From: a virus
DNA length: 64,000 nucleotides
Reading direction: 5' to 3' (one strand)
IMG/VR virus record: IMGVR_UViG_3300042691_015010
Span: 6,002-70,001 of that record
A program made the position numbers and the translations under genes. Positions 37,701-48,800 of the stretch are shown here, in pieces; position 1 is the first letter of the stretch, and every line of letters starts with the position of its first letter. Under the pieces are notes generated by a model that was not told where the DNA came from, made no database searches, and worked only from the letters and a program-made list of their open reading frames with translations.

Positions 37701-40087
37701 GCTCAGTTAATTCAAGTTCTATTACTGTAAGTGATTCTGGATTGTATGAGTCAAATGTTGTTCTGTTCCCAAATACAACACCAAACTCTGTTGTTCATAC
37801 AATGTCAATTGTCAATAATGGATTAGGACATTCAAACGGTACAATCGTATTCAATGATCTTGGCATTGCTACAATCACAGCAAACGCAGGTGCAGTTGGT
37901 GTAAACAGTTGGATTAACTTCAGTAATAACATTGGTATAATTGGTTCAAGCAATTTGATTGCTGCAAATGCCCGTGTGTTTGTTAATACAACCGGACACA
38001 TTATGAATGTCACGATGTATGCAAACGGCGTGTACTTTAATCCACCTACAATCTCAAATGTTTACACAAGTCTAATCTATGCTGAAAATACAGCATCAAT
38101 AGCAACATCATCTTATACTAATGCAGTCTTTACAATCGCAACATTAAGATACTCAAATCAACCTACTGTAGTGACTGCCGAAGTTTATCCATCAAATGGT
38201 TCGATCCGTAGTGTGACTATAAAGGATAAAGGTTTATACGCCAATTCTTTAAGAGTAACTTCAATTACAGCAAACGATGGTTCTGTTGCCGTAAATAGTT
38301 GGATAAATCTTGATGGATATCTAGGATACAATACATCATCAAATTCAGTCAATGCACGTATCTTTGTCAATACAACGGGTCATATTGAGAATGTGACGAT
38401 ATATGCAAATGGATTCTATCGTAGTATTCCAGAGGTTTCAAATGTTTATACAAATCTGATATACTATGAAAATGTGGCACCTATTTCCACTGCTTCATAT
38501 ACAAATGCAGTCTTTACAATTACTACCGCAGATCGTCCAACTACTATTGGACAGTTGATTGGTGTGCCGAATACATGGCCAATTTCTGTTACTGGTGTGG
38601 GTCCTAATGTTTCTGTAAATCCTGCGATAACATTTAATGGTGCATCTCATCAAAATGGATTCGTTATATTCTCTGGTGGTAATCCTATTGTCAATGCTAA
38701 TGCGACGATTGAAGTTTATGGATCAAATGGGGTAATTCGTAGAATTACTGTTACGGAGCCGGGACTTTACAAAACCGCCCCAACAGCAACGCCAAACAGC
38801 GTTCCCGTATCCATCACGCAAGTTCTACCACTTCTACCAAGTTTTGGTGGTACAGGATATGCTAATGGATTCTTGAAGATTGTTGGTGGTGGTGCGAATA
38901 CACCTGCAAATGTTGAAGTATTCTCTAATACTGCGGGTGCTATTACCAGAGTTCAAATAAATAGAATTGGTTTGTATGCAAATGGTGACAATATTAGTTT
39001 GACTCCAGGTATTCATACTATCACAGCAAATGCTGGTGCTGTTGCGGTAAACAGTTGGATTTCATTCCCAATTGGTACGCCTGATGCGTCTGTTAATATA
39101 GCAAATGCCCGTGTATATGTAAACACAACTGGACACATTGTAAACGTGTCTCTGTTTGCAAATGGTATTTACACTGTAACACCTAATATTTCAAATGTCT
39201 ACACTGACTTGAGATATTATGAAAATACTGCTGCTATCTCAACTTTGTCATATACAAATGCAGTGTTTTCTATTGTAATGGGTCCTGTTGTTCACACCTA
39301 CACTGGTGTAACATCAAATGGAAACGGCACACAGTTTGCACTGTCATATAATGCAAACACAAGTAATCTTGCCAATTTGATTGTTTCGACAACGGCAAAT
39401 GGTTTACATACTGGTAATGTAGTATTTACAGCAAACAGTAATGTCTTGACTAATGCGGTGTTTACGACTGCTGGTGTAGCAAATACACAGACGATTGCAA
39501 TTATTGATGTTGGCTTTGTTGAGACAAATACAGCAGCAGTTGGCACAGTAGAAGTTTATCCTTCTAACGGATCAATTCGTAAAGTAACAGTTACTAGCAA
39601 CGGTGCATATTATTATCCACCTACGATTACACCTAAACATGTTGGTGGAGTTGCTAATGTTACTGTAAATACAGGTGCTATTGGCGTTAATAGTTGGATT
39701 AATTTCTCTGGTGATACAAACGGCCCAGCAAATGTGACGAATGCCCGTGTATTTGTAAACACCACAGGTCATATTATGAATGTATCTGTGTATGCTAACG
39801 GCATTTATAATGTATTCTCAGCACCATCGATTTCAAATACATACACAAGTTTAATATATTTTGAGAACACATCACCAATATCTACAGGTTCTTATACAAA
39901 TGCAGTGTTTACAATCGAAAGAGTTGGTGGAGCATTTAGTAATGCAGAGTTAACTACAATTGCTGGTGCGTTTACACAAACTGCGAATTTACAAACAGCA
40001 ATATTCTCTTATCAACCAAAACTCGTTTATACTGAAGGTGGTGATGAGATAGAAACTGAAGATGGTATTATCTTTACAACCGATTAG
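34736..40087 (+). CDS. gp7: baseplate wedge initiator-like protein with large repeat-rich C-terminal extension
   Basis: QVPEYVRDEYPKFVAFLQAYYEFLE, YRTKGAENSFKLLF, QDYYVDYSY...LLHPVG; between gp6 and gp8. Confidence 0.8.
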   Translation: MTTDLKTSILVNGQVPEYVRDEYPKFVAFLQAYYEFLEQKQGSEINDLATVAKNLRTIKDVDESIDSFEQSFYNTYGALIPADVQANKALLFKHLVELYRTKGAENSFKLLFQLVFGEDLEVLLPKNNVLKPSASKWTVDNKLRINTDVFSLYSGNGTQKTFVLPQQFDVDQVSVSIDGITKENLVDYVINKEYRKLIFNTAPTNGATIRVNFSDFDFKLFVNRKVTGLSSGASAIIEDANRRIISDTFNLGLPVELLVNAKSRRGTFLNGETVSIPILDANDELIEVRASSFSVIKRFTVVNSGSGYVVGDKVTVFGGNSSVNAIGTVSEIFSGTLSSIVSLVGGAVFTNTSPIVPSGNGIYAIEAFVDGIDVSGTKSANNFLVSTDIIGSFNGSIHAANTVISCTNYGFVNANIPTGENASTRLIDALSFDRLTVGPITNVKILITGVPLDVPVSLDAFGALYGPNTNYRTVKSLGSIGSFKINDGGNGYKVGDEIVFGQNPIMTFGQGGAAVVGSVNAIGSIVRVDVANARVSGTVSLSGAPPSSSLQGTGTSFTNELKVGDIIDVNGESRMVATITSDTVLSVKDIDGISSNPFNKAHSNQKLGVFNYYPKGGHGYIQNNFPTVTVSSPTGVGANIQIASIASDGEQLQPSGNGVIGSIVTVDVVDPGSGYEFIPVSVIESATGVGAKVRAEVEQSYVTTEGRWTTSDSIISSMERKIQGQDYYVDYSYVLSSKVEFFKYKKILKELLHPVGMVDYSEYKKSQVIEGEDILVKKKNITTDEQFRTIGGRVNVGNGSIIVTGINTKFNTAAYLGIIEPVSRLTKIAVNGEIRTVNTILSNTIMLTIGEVANVAVANSGNGYVNGNLVFSNGGGTITGLSIRPGYNGSGYSNGIIVFKNVEEGIVAIANAEVYPSNGALRRVSLTSGGLYSDKPIAEPFTDPHLVFYSNTVTVTNLGRGYTKGKLIPIGGAPVRETQISFDVYSSNGSVNSSSITVSDSGLYESNVVLFPNTTPNSVVHTMSIVNNGLGHSNGTIVFNDLGIATITANAGAVGVNSWINFSNNIGIIGSSNLIAANARVFVNTTGHIMNVTMYANGVYFNPPTISNVYTSLIYAENTASIATSSYTNAVFTIATLRYSNQPTVVTAEVYPSNGSIRSVTIKDKGLYANSLRVTSITANDGSVAVNSWINLDGYLGYNTSSNSVNARIFVNTTGHIENVTIYANGFYRSIPEVSNVYTNLIYYENVAPISTASYTNAVFTITTADRPTTIGQLIGVPNTWPISVTGVGPNVSVNPAITFNGASHQNGFVIFSGGNPIVNANATIEVYGSNGVIRRITVTEPGLYKTAPTATPNSVPVSITQVLPLLPSFGGTGYANGFLKIVGGGANTPANVEVFSNTAGAITRVQINRIGLYANGDNISLTPGIHTITANAGAVAVNSWISFPIGTPDASVNIANARVYVNTTGHIVNVSLFANGIYTVTPNISNVYTDLRYYENTAAISTLSYTNAVFSIVMGPVVHTYTGVTSNGNGTQFALSYNANTSNLANLIVSTTANGLHTGNVVFTANSNVLTNAVFTTAGVANTQTIAIIDVGFVETNTAAVGTVEVYPSNGSIRKVTVTSNGAYYYPPTITPKHVGGVANVTVNTGAIGVNSWINFSGDTNGPANVTNARVFVNTTGHIMNVSVYANGIYNVFSAPSISNTYTSLIYFENTSPISTGSYTNAVFTIERVGGAFSNAELTTIAGAFTQTANLQTAIFSYQPKLVYTEGGDEIETEDGIIFTTD

Positions 40088-40095
40088 GCTTTCAA

Positions 40096-41001
40096 ATGAC
40101 AACAGTTAAATTATCAGAACTAACCGAACTAACAACACCGTCATCAAACACGGAAAAGACATTTTTATTGGTAACGGATACACAAACTGGATTGGCAGTT
40201 TCTAGAAAAATGTCCGTAAAAACATTAGATACACTAATGGATGTGACTCAAGGACAGGCAAACTTGGCATTTAATCATTCTAATAGTGGATTTAATCAAG
40301 CTAACGCTGCGTTTATTCGTGCGAACAATTCTCTAAGTGCCAATAGTGGAGGCATAGTAACAGGTGATGTTTCAATTACTGGCAATTTGACTGTAACTGG
40401 TATAACGACTTACACCAACACACAAACTGTTTTAATTGCAGATAATATTCTTACTTTAAATGCAGCGATTGATCAATCATCAGCACCATCTTTAAATGCT
40501 GGACTAGAAATTGATAGAGGTAGTTCTGCAAATGTTTATGTTTTGTGGAATGAAGCTGATGATAAATGGACATTTACAGAAGATGGCACAAACTATGATA
40601 ATATTGGTAGTGCATCTTCTGCTTCTTATGCCAATGCAGCATTTATACATGCTAACTCTGCATTTATACAAGTTAATTCCGCATTTGATGCTGTCAATGC
40701 AGCAGCAGGAGTGGATATAACACAAAATAATAGTATTACGGCTGCGTTTAATCAAACTAATTCTGCTTTTGATATTGCTTTCTCTACTTCAATTTATGCC
40801 AATGGCGCTTTTGCTGCCGCTAACAGTGCTTCAATTTATGCTAATGGTGCTTTTGCAGCAGCAAACACTGCTGAGCCATATACCGCAGCAAACTTATCAA
40901 CATCATTGTGGGCAACATCTCCACCCGCAACTTTACAAGCCGCAATTGAGAGACTTGCAAATGTAGTGATAGTGTTAAATGGATATACTCCAATACCATA
41001 A
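40096..41001 (+). CDS. fibre-like structural protein, paralogous to the 61186 fibre
   Basis: VKLSELTEL start; IADNILTLN...AGLEIDRG...WNE domain; ANxAF heptads. Confidence 0.75.
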   Translation: MTTVKLSELTELTTPSSNTEKTFLLVTDTQTGLAVSRKMSVKTLDTLMDVTQGQANLAFNHSNSGFNQANAAFIRANNSLSANSGGIVTGDVSITGNLTVTGITTYTNTQTVLIADNILTLNAAIDQSSAPSLNAGLEIDRGSSANVYVLWNEADDKWTFTEDGTNYDNIGSASSASYANAAFIHANSAFIQVNSAFDAVNAAAGVDITQNNSITAAFNQTNSAFDIAFSTSIYANGAFAAANSASIYANGAFAAANTAEPYTAANLSTSLWATSPPATLQAAIERLANVVIVLNGYTPIP

Positions 41002-41015
41002 TAAATAAAAAAATT

Positions 41016-42803
41016 ATGCCATCAGTAACTTCTAAAAAATTAGCTTATATTGCTGCGGTTCAATTCAAAGAATCGTTCTATGAACCTGCTCCAGAAATTG
41101 GATATGTTTTTATAGGCAATCACCTTGCATATTTGAATGAAACAAATCCACCAACAATTGCTGATACAATTTTTGATGAAAAGACAGCATGGGATAACAT
41201 GTATGCCGCTAAAAAAATATCAGGCAATGATGTGGAACTGGTGATACCTAGATTAAATTGGACATCGGGTACATATTACAAACAATACGACGATTTGATT
41301 TCATTAGAAAGTCTTGCGACATCTGATGAACAAATTGTTTTTTCCGTAACTGCTAACTCAGGTTCTTATGGTGTAAACAGTTTCGTCACTTTCTCTAGCA
41401 CAAGCAGCAATACTTCTGCCAATGCCAGAATTTATGTTCATTCTAATGGTGCTATTCAGAACGTTGTTGTTGTTTCAAATGGTGTGTATAGTCGAGGTGA
41501 TACAGTAACAGCAACTCCAAATACTGGTAATGCTTCTTTAACTGTCACATTAAATCCAACAAGCGTTAAACCGATGTATGTAATGACATCGGAAAGAAAC
41601 GTCTATAAGTGTCTGTCAAATAATAATTCAATACCTTCAACTGTAGAACCACGTGGTGATTATACTTCTTCCAACGGTAATATTGCTACGTCTGATGGCT
41701 ACATTTGGAAGTATATGTTCAATGTTAAACCTTCAAACAGATTCTTAACTGATGAATGGATTCCTGTTCCAACATCTATAAATCAATTAGATTATGGTTC
41801 AAGTGCTCTTGATATCATTGATGGTGAATTAACAACTATTGTTGTGACAAACAAAGGCAATGGTTATTATGAAAATGATATTCGTATTATTGATGCTTTT
41901 ACAGAAGGATGCACAGTTTTAACGTTGGCAAATACAACAAATGTTGCCGCAAATATGTCGATATCTGGAACAGGAATTACTGTAGGTTCTTATGTGCAGA
42001 GTGTGGGTATCGTTCTAGGACAACCACAACTTACACTATCTACTGGAACATCTGGTTCTGGTGGAGGAAACACGGCAGCAAATTCAGCTCAACTTACAAC
42101 TAGAATATTCATTGAGGGTGACGGAACTTCAACTGTTGCTGCTGCCACAATCAACACTGTTGGAAATGTGGATAAAATTTCAGTGACAACTATTGGAACT
42201 GATTACTCACGTGCTAACGTATTCATCTTTGGAACTGGTTCAAATGCTGCTGCAAGAGCAATTTTGGACATGAAATATGGTCATGCAAACAACCCGGCCA
42301 GAGAATTAATGGCTAATAGTGTTATGGTTTGCAGCAGAATTGGTGAAATTGACACCACTGAGGGTGGTAAAATACCAGCAAATACAACGTTTAGACAATA
42401 TGGAATCTTTGTAAATCCGCATAAATATGGTGATGCCAATGTAGTCACTTCGGCGAATGCAAGTGATGTGATTTCACAAACAAGAACACTAACTTTAGTT
42501 CCTGGCGGAAGTTATTCTTTAGATGAATTTGTCTATCAGGGAACCAGTGCAAATAATGCAGTGTCTTATGGTTTTGTTTTAGATCAAACTTCAAACGAAA
42601 TAAAAATTACAAATGTAAAAGGAACTTTCCAAACTGGTGTTCCTGTTATTGGTGCTAATTCAGGTGTAAGTCGATTGGTAGTTAGCACACAAGATCCTGA
42701 GTTTGAGCCGTATAGTGGAGATATGTTATACATCGAAAATGATATTTCCACAAGAAGATTTGATGGTCAAGCAGAAAACATAAGACTTATTGTTAGATTT
42801 TAG
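41016..42803 (+). CDS. gp8: baseplate wedge subunit
   Basis: VIPRLNWTSG..Y..YDD, VYKCLSNN, DGYIWKYMF, YSGDMLYIEN. Confidence 0.9.
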   Translation: MPSVTSKKLAYIAAVQFKESFYEPAPEIGYVFIGNHLAYLNETNPPTIADTIFDEKTAWDNMYAAKKISGNDVELVIPRLNWTSGTYYKQYDDLISLESLATSDEQIVFSVTANSGSYGVNSFVTFSSTSSNTSANARIYVHSNGAIQNVVVVSNGVYSRGDTVTATPNTGNASLTVTLNPTSVKPMYVMTSERNVYKCLSNNNSIPSTVEPRGDYTSSNGNIATSDGYIWKYMFNVKPSNRFLTDEWIPVPTSINQLDYGSSALDIIDGELTTIVVTNKGNGYYENDIRIIDAFTEGCTVLTLANTTNVAANMSISGTGITVGSYVQSVGIVLGQPQLTLSTGTSGSGGGNTAANSAQLTTRIFIEGDGTSTVAAATINTVGNVDKISVTTIGTDYSRANVFIFGTGSNAAARAILDMKYGHANNPARELMANSVMVCSRIGEIDTTEGGKIPANTTFRQYGIFVNPHKYGDANVVTSANASDVISQTRTLTLVPGGSYSLDEFVYQGTSANNAVSYGFVLDQTSNEIKITNVKGTFQTGVPVIGANSGVSRLVVSTQDPEFEPYSGDMLYIENDISTRRFDGQAENIRLIVRF

Positions 42804-42813
42804 AGGTTATTAA

Positions 42814-45800
42814 ATGCCATTAACTACGAATTTTAATGTTGATCCATATTACGATGATTTTGACGGTCAGAAAAACTATTATCGTACTTTGTTTAAGCCT
42901 GGACAGGCAGTTCAAAGTCGTGAATTAACACAAATTCAAACCAATTTACAAGATCAAATTAAAAAATTTGGTGATCACATTTTTAAAACCGGTTCTATAG
43001 TTACTGGTGGTCAAATTACAATTCAGAACTGTAATTATCTTAACATCACATCTACATTTTCTGGCGCAGATATTTCAGCAAATAATTTTAATGAAAAGGT
43101 TATTGTTAATGCTGCAAATACAAAAAGGGCATATGTTTTAAAGTCTTACGGTTCGAATGAAGCAAGAGGCGAACCGATTACTTTTATTATTACTCAATCA
43201 TATGGTGATCCTTTTACAGAAAATGAAACAATTTATACAGCAAATAGTGATCCGACTGCAATTACCTATTATGCAAACACAGCAAATGTAAGTGCGTATG
43301 GCAACTCAAAAGCATTTTCAGTAGCATCTGGCGTTTTCTACTATGATGGTTTCTTTGTAGAGAATCAGCCCCAGTCTATTGCAGTCAGTAAATATTCAGC
43401 AAACGGCAATGCTCTCATTGGTTTTGTTGTATCTGAAGATATTGTGGATTATACAGAAGATACTACTCTTCTTGATCCTGCACAGAGCGCATCAAACTTC
43501 CAAGCACCAGGTGCAGATCGTTATAGAATACAACTTACACTAGACAATCGTGCGTTAGACAGCAATGATCTTACGCAGTTTATTGAACTTGCACAATTTT
43601 CTGATGGTGCACCACAAAAAGTTATACAGACACCAATCTATGGTCCTATCGTAGATGAACTTGCTCGTCGTACATATGACGAATCTGGTGATTATGTTAT
43701 TGACAATTTTCAAATTGCATTAGCAGACAGCACAGCAAACTCTGCATTCGCAAATGTTATTTTGGGAGCAGGTAAAGCATACATCAGAGGTTATGATTAT
43801 AAAACAGGCGCACCAACTGTAATTTCAATACCAAAACCCAGAGAAAAAGCAACTGTGATCAATCAGAGAATCACATCTGATTATGGTTACTTTTTATATG
43901 CTAACGATTACTTTGGAAACTTTGCTACAAATCAGTATGATAATGTAGCACTTCTTTCAATCAACACAGGTCAGATTCCATACAGCGTAAGTGGTGTTGT
44001 CAACACAAACATTCTTGCAAATTCTACAATTGGTACAGCAAGAGTAAAATTAGCAAAGTTTTATGCCGCATCGGGTAATACACAAGACAGTAATAATTAT
44101 ATTTACAAAATATATGTTACTGATGTTAATACTCTTTCCATTGGCGCTAACAGTGGTTATGGCACAAATGCAAATACTGGTGCATCACGTTCAATCGTAT
44201 ATCTACCAACAAATTATTCTGCAAATAATGATGCATACAAAGGTATGACAATCAGAATGGTTGGTGGTACAGTTGATCCTTCTGATAACACACCTAGAGT
44301 GATTATTGATTATACTGTTACTGGTGCTTCATTAAATGCGACAGTTGATCCTCCATTCTCTACAGTTCCTACAATTAACTGGAGATTTATACTTGACACC
44401 TCATTAGAAGGTGTTGAATCGTTAGTTAGAGTAAATTCTACATTTCATAGAGTTTCTTCTGCAAACATCAGCCCAATGTCTAAAAATCAGTCAGTTGGTG
44501 CATCTTCAATATCATTCAATCAACCGTTGTTTCAACCAGTTTCTATTCAAGAGAGAAGAAAAGAACCTCTATTGATTAAAGTTGGTGAGAGTAATGTTGC
44601 TGATAACTCAATCTCAGATTTTGCTTATTCATATCAAAAGTTGTATCAAGGTGTCACATTTACTGGCACAGTTTCATCTGCATTGTCTTATGGCACAGGT
44701 GAATCACTACAGTCGGCACCAACAGAATCATCACGCAGACAATACTATAGAGTCGTTGTATCCGAGCCAAGTTCTAGCCCATACTATAGAGGACAAACAA
44801 TACCGTCCGATAGAGTCAGTGTAGACACAACGGCAAGAACAGTTACCGTATCACAAGCAGTAACAGGTATGGTCGTAAACGTGTTTGCGACAATCAATTC
44901 GTCTATTCCAACATCAAAGACTAAGACTTACATCAAGGCAAATACAACTCTGGTTGATCCTGCTGGTGGTAGGGCAAACAATATTTTTGGCAATAACGCT
45001 GTGTATCTGGCTTCACTTGATGGCCAAACAATTATTTCCGAAACATTCTTGGAGAAAAGAGCAGGTCGTCAACAAACATTGTTTGCCGCAGACTTACACT
45101 CAATTAATGCTATTCTTGATTTTGCTGGTACAACAATTAGCACTGCTAACTATGATGCGGGTGCATATATCAATGTAACATCACGTTATAGTTTTGATAC
45201 CGGTCAGAAAGATTCTTATTATGATTGGGGTTCAATCACGTTGAAACCCGGCCAAAATGCACCAAGAGGTCCTCTACTTGTTCGTTACAATAGATTTAGA
45301 TCAACTGGTTCTGGATACTTTGATGTAGATTCATACACTCGTCTTGGTTCGCAAGAAAACGGCGGATCAGGCTTAGATTATGGTGCAATACCAAACTTTG
45401 TATCACAAGATGGATTCATCTATAAGTTATCTGATTATCTTGACTTTAGACCAGTTCGTAGAGATGCAAATTCTCTAGGTCAAACAGACAGATACACCGC
45501 AAACAACTTTGTGTTGGATGCTGATGAGGCGAATATTGGTACAAAGATTTCTGAACCTGATTTAGATATTATTACCGATTACGCATATTATTTGCCAAGA
45601 ATTGACAGAGTTGTGCTAACAAAAGATCGTGCATTCCAGGTCATACAAGGTGTGTCAAGCATAAATCCTGTTACTCCAATTGAACCAGATGATGCGATGA
45701 CTTTGTATGTTCTGAAATATCCTCCATATCTGTATAACACTTACTCAACTCAAATTGATATCTTCAACAATCGTAGATATACAATGAGAGATATTGCAAA

Positions 45801-48800
45801 ACTGGATAAGCGTATTCAGAATCTTGAAATCTATACGTCATTGTCTATTGCCGAACTTGCTGCACTCAACAAAAATGATCGTACTATCAGAGATGCAAAC
45901 GGATTAAATCGTCCTAAAAATGGTATTTTTGTAGATTCGTTCTCTGATCAAACAAGTTCAGACATTACGAATCCAGGATTTACGGCAGCAATTGATATTC
46001 TTTCAAGAGTTTGCCGAGGTTCATACAACATTGCTTCAACAAGATTAGTTTCTAGTGGCACTGTTAGTGACACGAATGTTGAAATTAATGGTCCTGTATT
46101 GATGCTTGCTTCGTCAAACACAACATTTATTCAACAAAGTAAAGCATCAAAAGCAATCAATGTAAATCCATTTAATGTTATCAATTATCTGGGTACAGTT
46201 AAACTTGATCCTCCATCTGATGTTTGGAAAACAGATGATCGTTTGGAAGCACAAAACATCGATTTAACTGGTGGCAATGCCGCACGTGATGCGTGGTCAT
46301 CAATTCAAAGCACAACATGGGGTGCATGGAATACACAGTGGACTTCTAGCCTTCAAGTTAGTGCTTCGGTTACTGATGTTGATCAAACTCAAAGAAGAAC
46401 TACAGTTGATAGAGCAACACGACAAGAAGCAACTGGAAGAGGCACTGGAGCCGCAATTGTAGAAGATACAACTACAACAACAACTGTAACTGCTTCACTT
46501 TCACAAAGACTACAAGCATCACGCACAGGTATTCTTGCTCAAATTGTGCCGCAACAACTTACAAGATCGTTTGGTGATCGTGTAATTGATTTAACTGTTG
46601 TTCATTACATGAGACAGAAGAATATTCTGGTAATTGCTGAAAAGTTTAAACCATTTTCATCGTTACACGCATTCTTTGACACTACCAAAATTGATAATTA
46701 CATAGCGGTTCTTAACAGCCTTGAATTTACAAATAATAATTTGGAGTACAGCACACCACTTTCAAATCAAGAAACAGTAAGTCTATACGCTGCGACATCA
46801 AACACAGCATTAAGACCAACTGATACATTGATTGGTGTTGCTGGTATGGTTCATACAGCAAACGATAGAGGTTATCTCGTAAGTTTACCAACAGCATTTA
46901 ATACATTCGGTTCATGGTCACAATTACTCACAAATGGCATTTGGGTAGTTGGTAATAGATCAGGTAAAACATATCGTGCTGATAAATGGTATCATCGTGT
47001 AGGCAGAGCAAGAGGTGGTTCATCAGTATCATCTACAGTAAAAATTATTTCATTGGCAAATAATGTATTTGGTGCAGAGAACACTGGCGATTTTGTTGGA
47101 CAAACACTTTACATTCTTCGTAACACTGGTGCTGGTCAATCTGGCACAATTACCGCATATGATTTAGCAACAGGTAACGCAACAGTAAGCGGTTTGACTA
47201 CAACTCCAGATACAACATCTGATTACTCTATTGGTTTACTTGAGACAGATGCATCAGGTTCATGTGCTGGTGTCTTTAACTGCCCAGACGGTGTATTCAG
47301 AACAGGTGAAAAACTGTTCCGTCTGATTGATGATGAAGTAGGCAACTTAGAAAACTCACGCACTAATGGTGATACAACTTTCTATGCATCTGGTATTGTA
47401 CAGACTAAACAAGAAACTTCAATCACTGTATTCACGCCTACGGTAACTCGTAGACAAGTAACAGAAGGTTTTGTTGCAACGACACGTGCATCTGCCTCAG
47501 ATACTTCAACTTCAACTACAACTGAGTTTGTTCGTTATATTGACCCACTTGCACAAACATTCTTGATTAATGGTGCTCAATATCCACAAGGTGTTGTTAT
47601 TGATTCTATTCGTGTTTGTTTCAAAACAAAAGACACAACTGAGTCAGTAACATGTCAGATTCGTCCTGTTGTGAATGGATACCCATCGGCAACTGAAATT
47701 TATCCATACGCAGAAAAAGTATTGACTCCTGATAAAGTTAATATTTCTCTGACACCAAGCATAACAGACTCGGCAAAGTATACTGAATTTAAGTTTGATA
47801 TTCCTGTTCTATTGTTGCCAGGTGAACATTCATTTGTTCTTCTGTCTAACAGTACAGGTTATGAAGCATTTATTGCTGGTATCAACGATACTGATCTTGT
47901 AACTGGTGCAAGAATCTCTGAGCAGCCATATACAGGTTCTCTGTTCTTGTCACAGAATGGTGCAGTATGGACAGCAGATCAACAAAATGATATAATGTTT
48001 GCTATTCAAAAACGAGTATTTACTAATGACATAGGTTATGGCTACTTAGAAGCAGACATGACGGAATACTCCGCAAATGTTGTGTATGATGTTTTACAAG
48101 TCATGTCAACAGACGTTGTAATTGCAAACACTGCAATTTCTTACGAGTTTATTTCAGAGAAACAATCCGGTGGCCAGCACACATTATTATCAATTGTTCC
48201 TAATCTTGATTATGAAGTAGATGTTGATAACAATGGAAGAAGAATACTGAATACTCTAACTGGTAACAGCACGTTCCAATTACGAGTGATAATGTCATCA
48301 ACAAATCGTGATATCTCTCCAATGATTGATATCAATCGTCTGAATCTGCTGACAATTGAAAATAAGATTAACAATCTACCATTGCAGAACACAGGATTCC
48401 AAGTTACAAACGGAGGCTCGGGATATACTGGCAATGCTAAAGTAACAATTAGCACTGGTGGTGATGGAACTGCAAATGCATATGCAAACGTAGTTGGTGG
48501 TGTTGTTGATAAGATTGTTCTAGATAATCCAGGTAATCTATACATTACTTCACCAACAATTACAATTTCTGGTAGTGGCGGAACTGGTGCTACTGCTGTA
48601 TATAATGCTGAAGATAAAGCAACTGGTGGTAATGGTGATGTTCGTTACATTACCAAGAAAGTGCCTCTTGCGACAGGCTTTGATGCAGGTGATCTTCGTG
48701 TATATCTAGATTTGTATCGTCCACCCGGCTCAGGTATTTTAGTCTGGTACAAAGTATTATCTGAGTCTGATCCTAGCAGATTTGATGATAATAACTGGTT

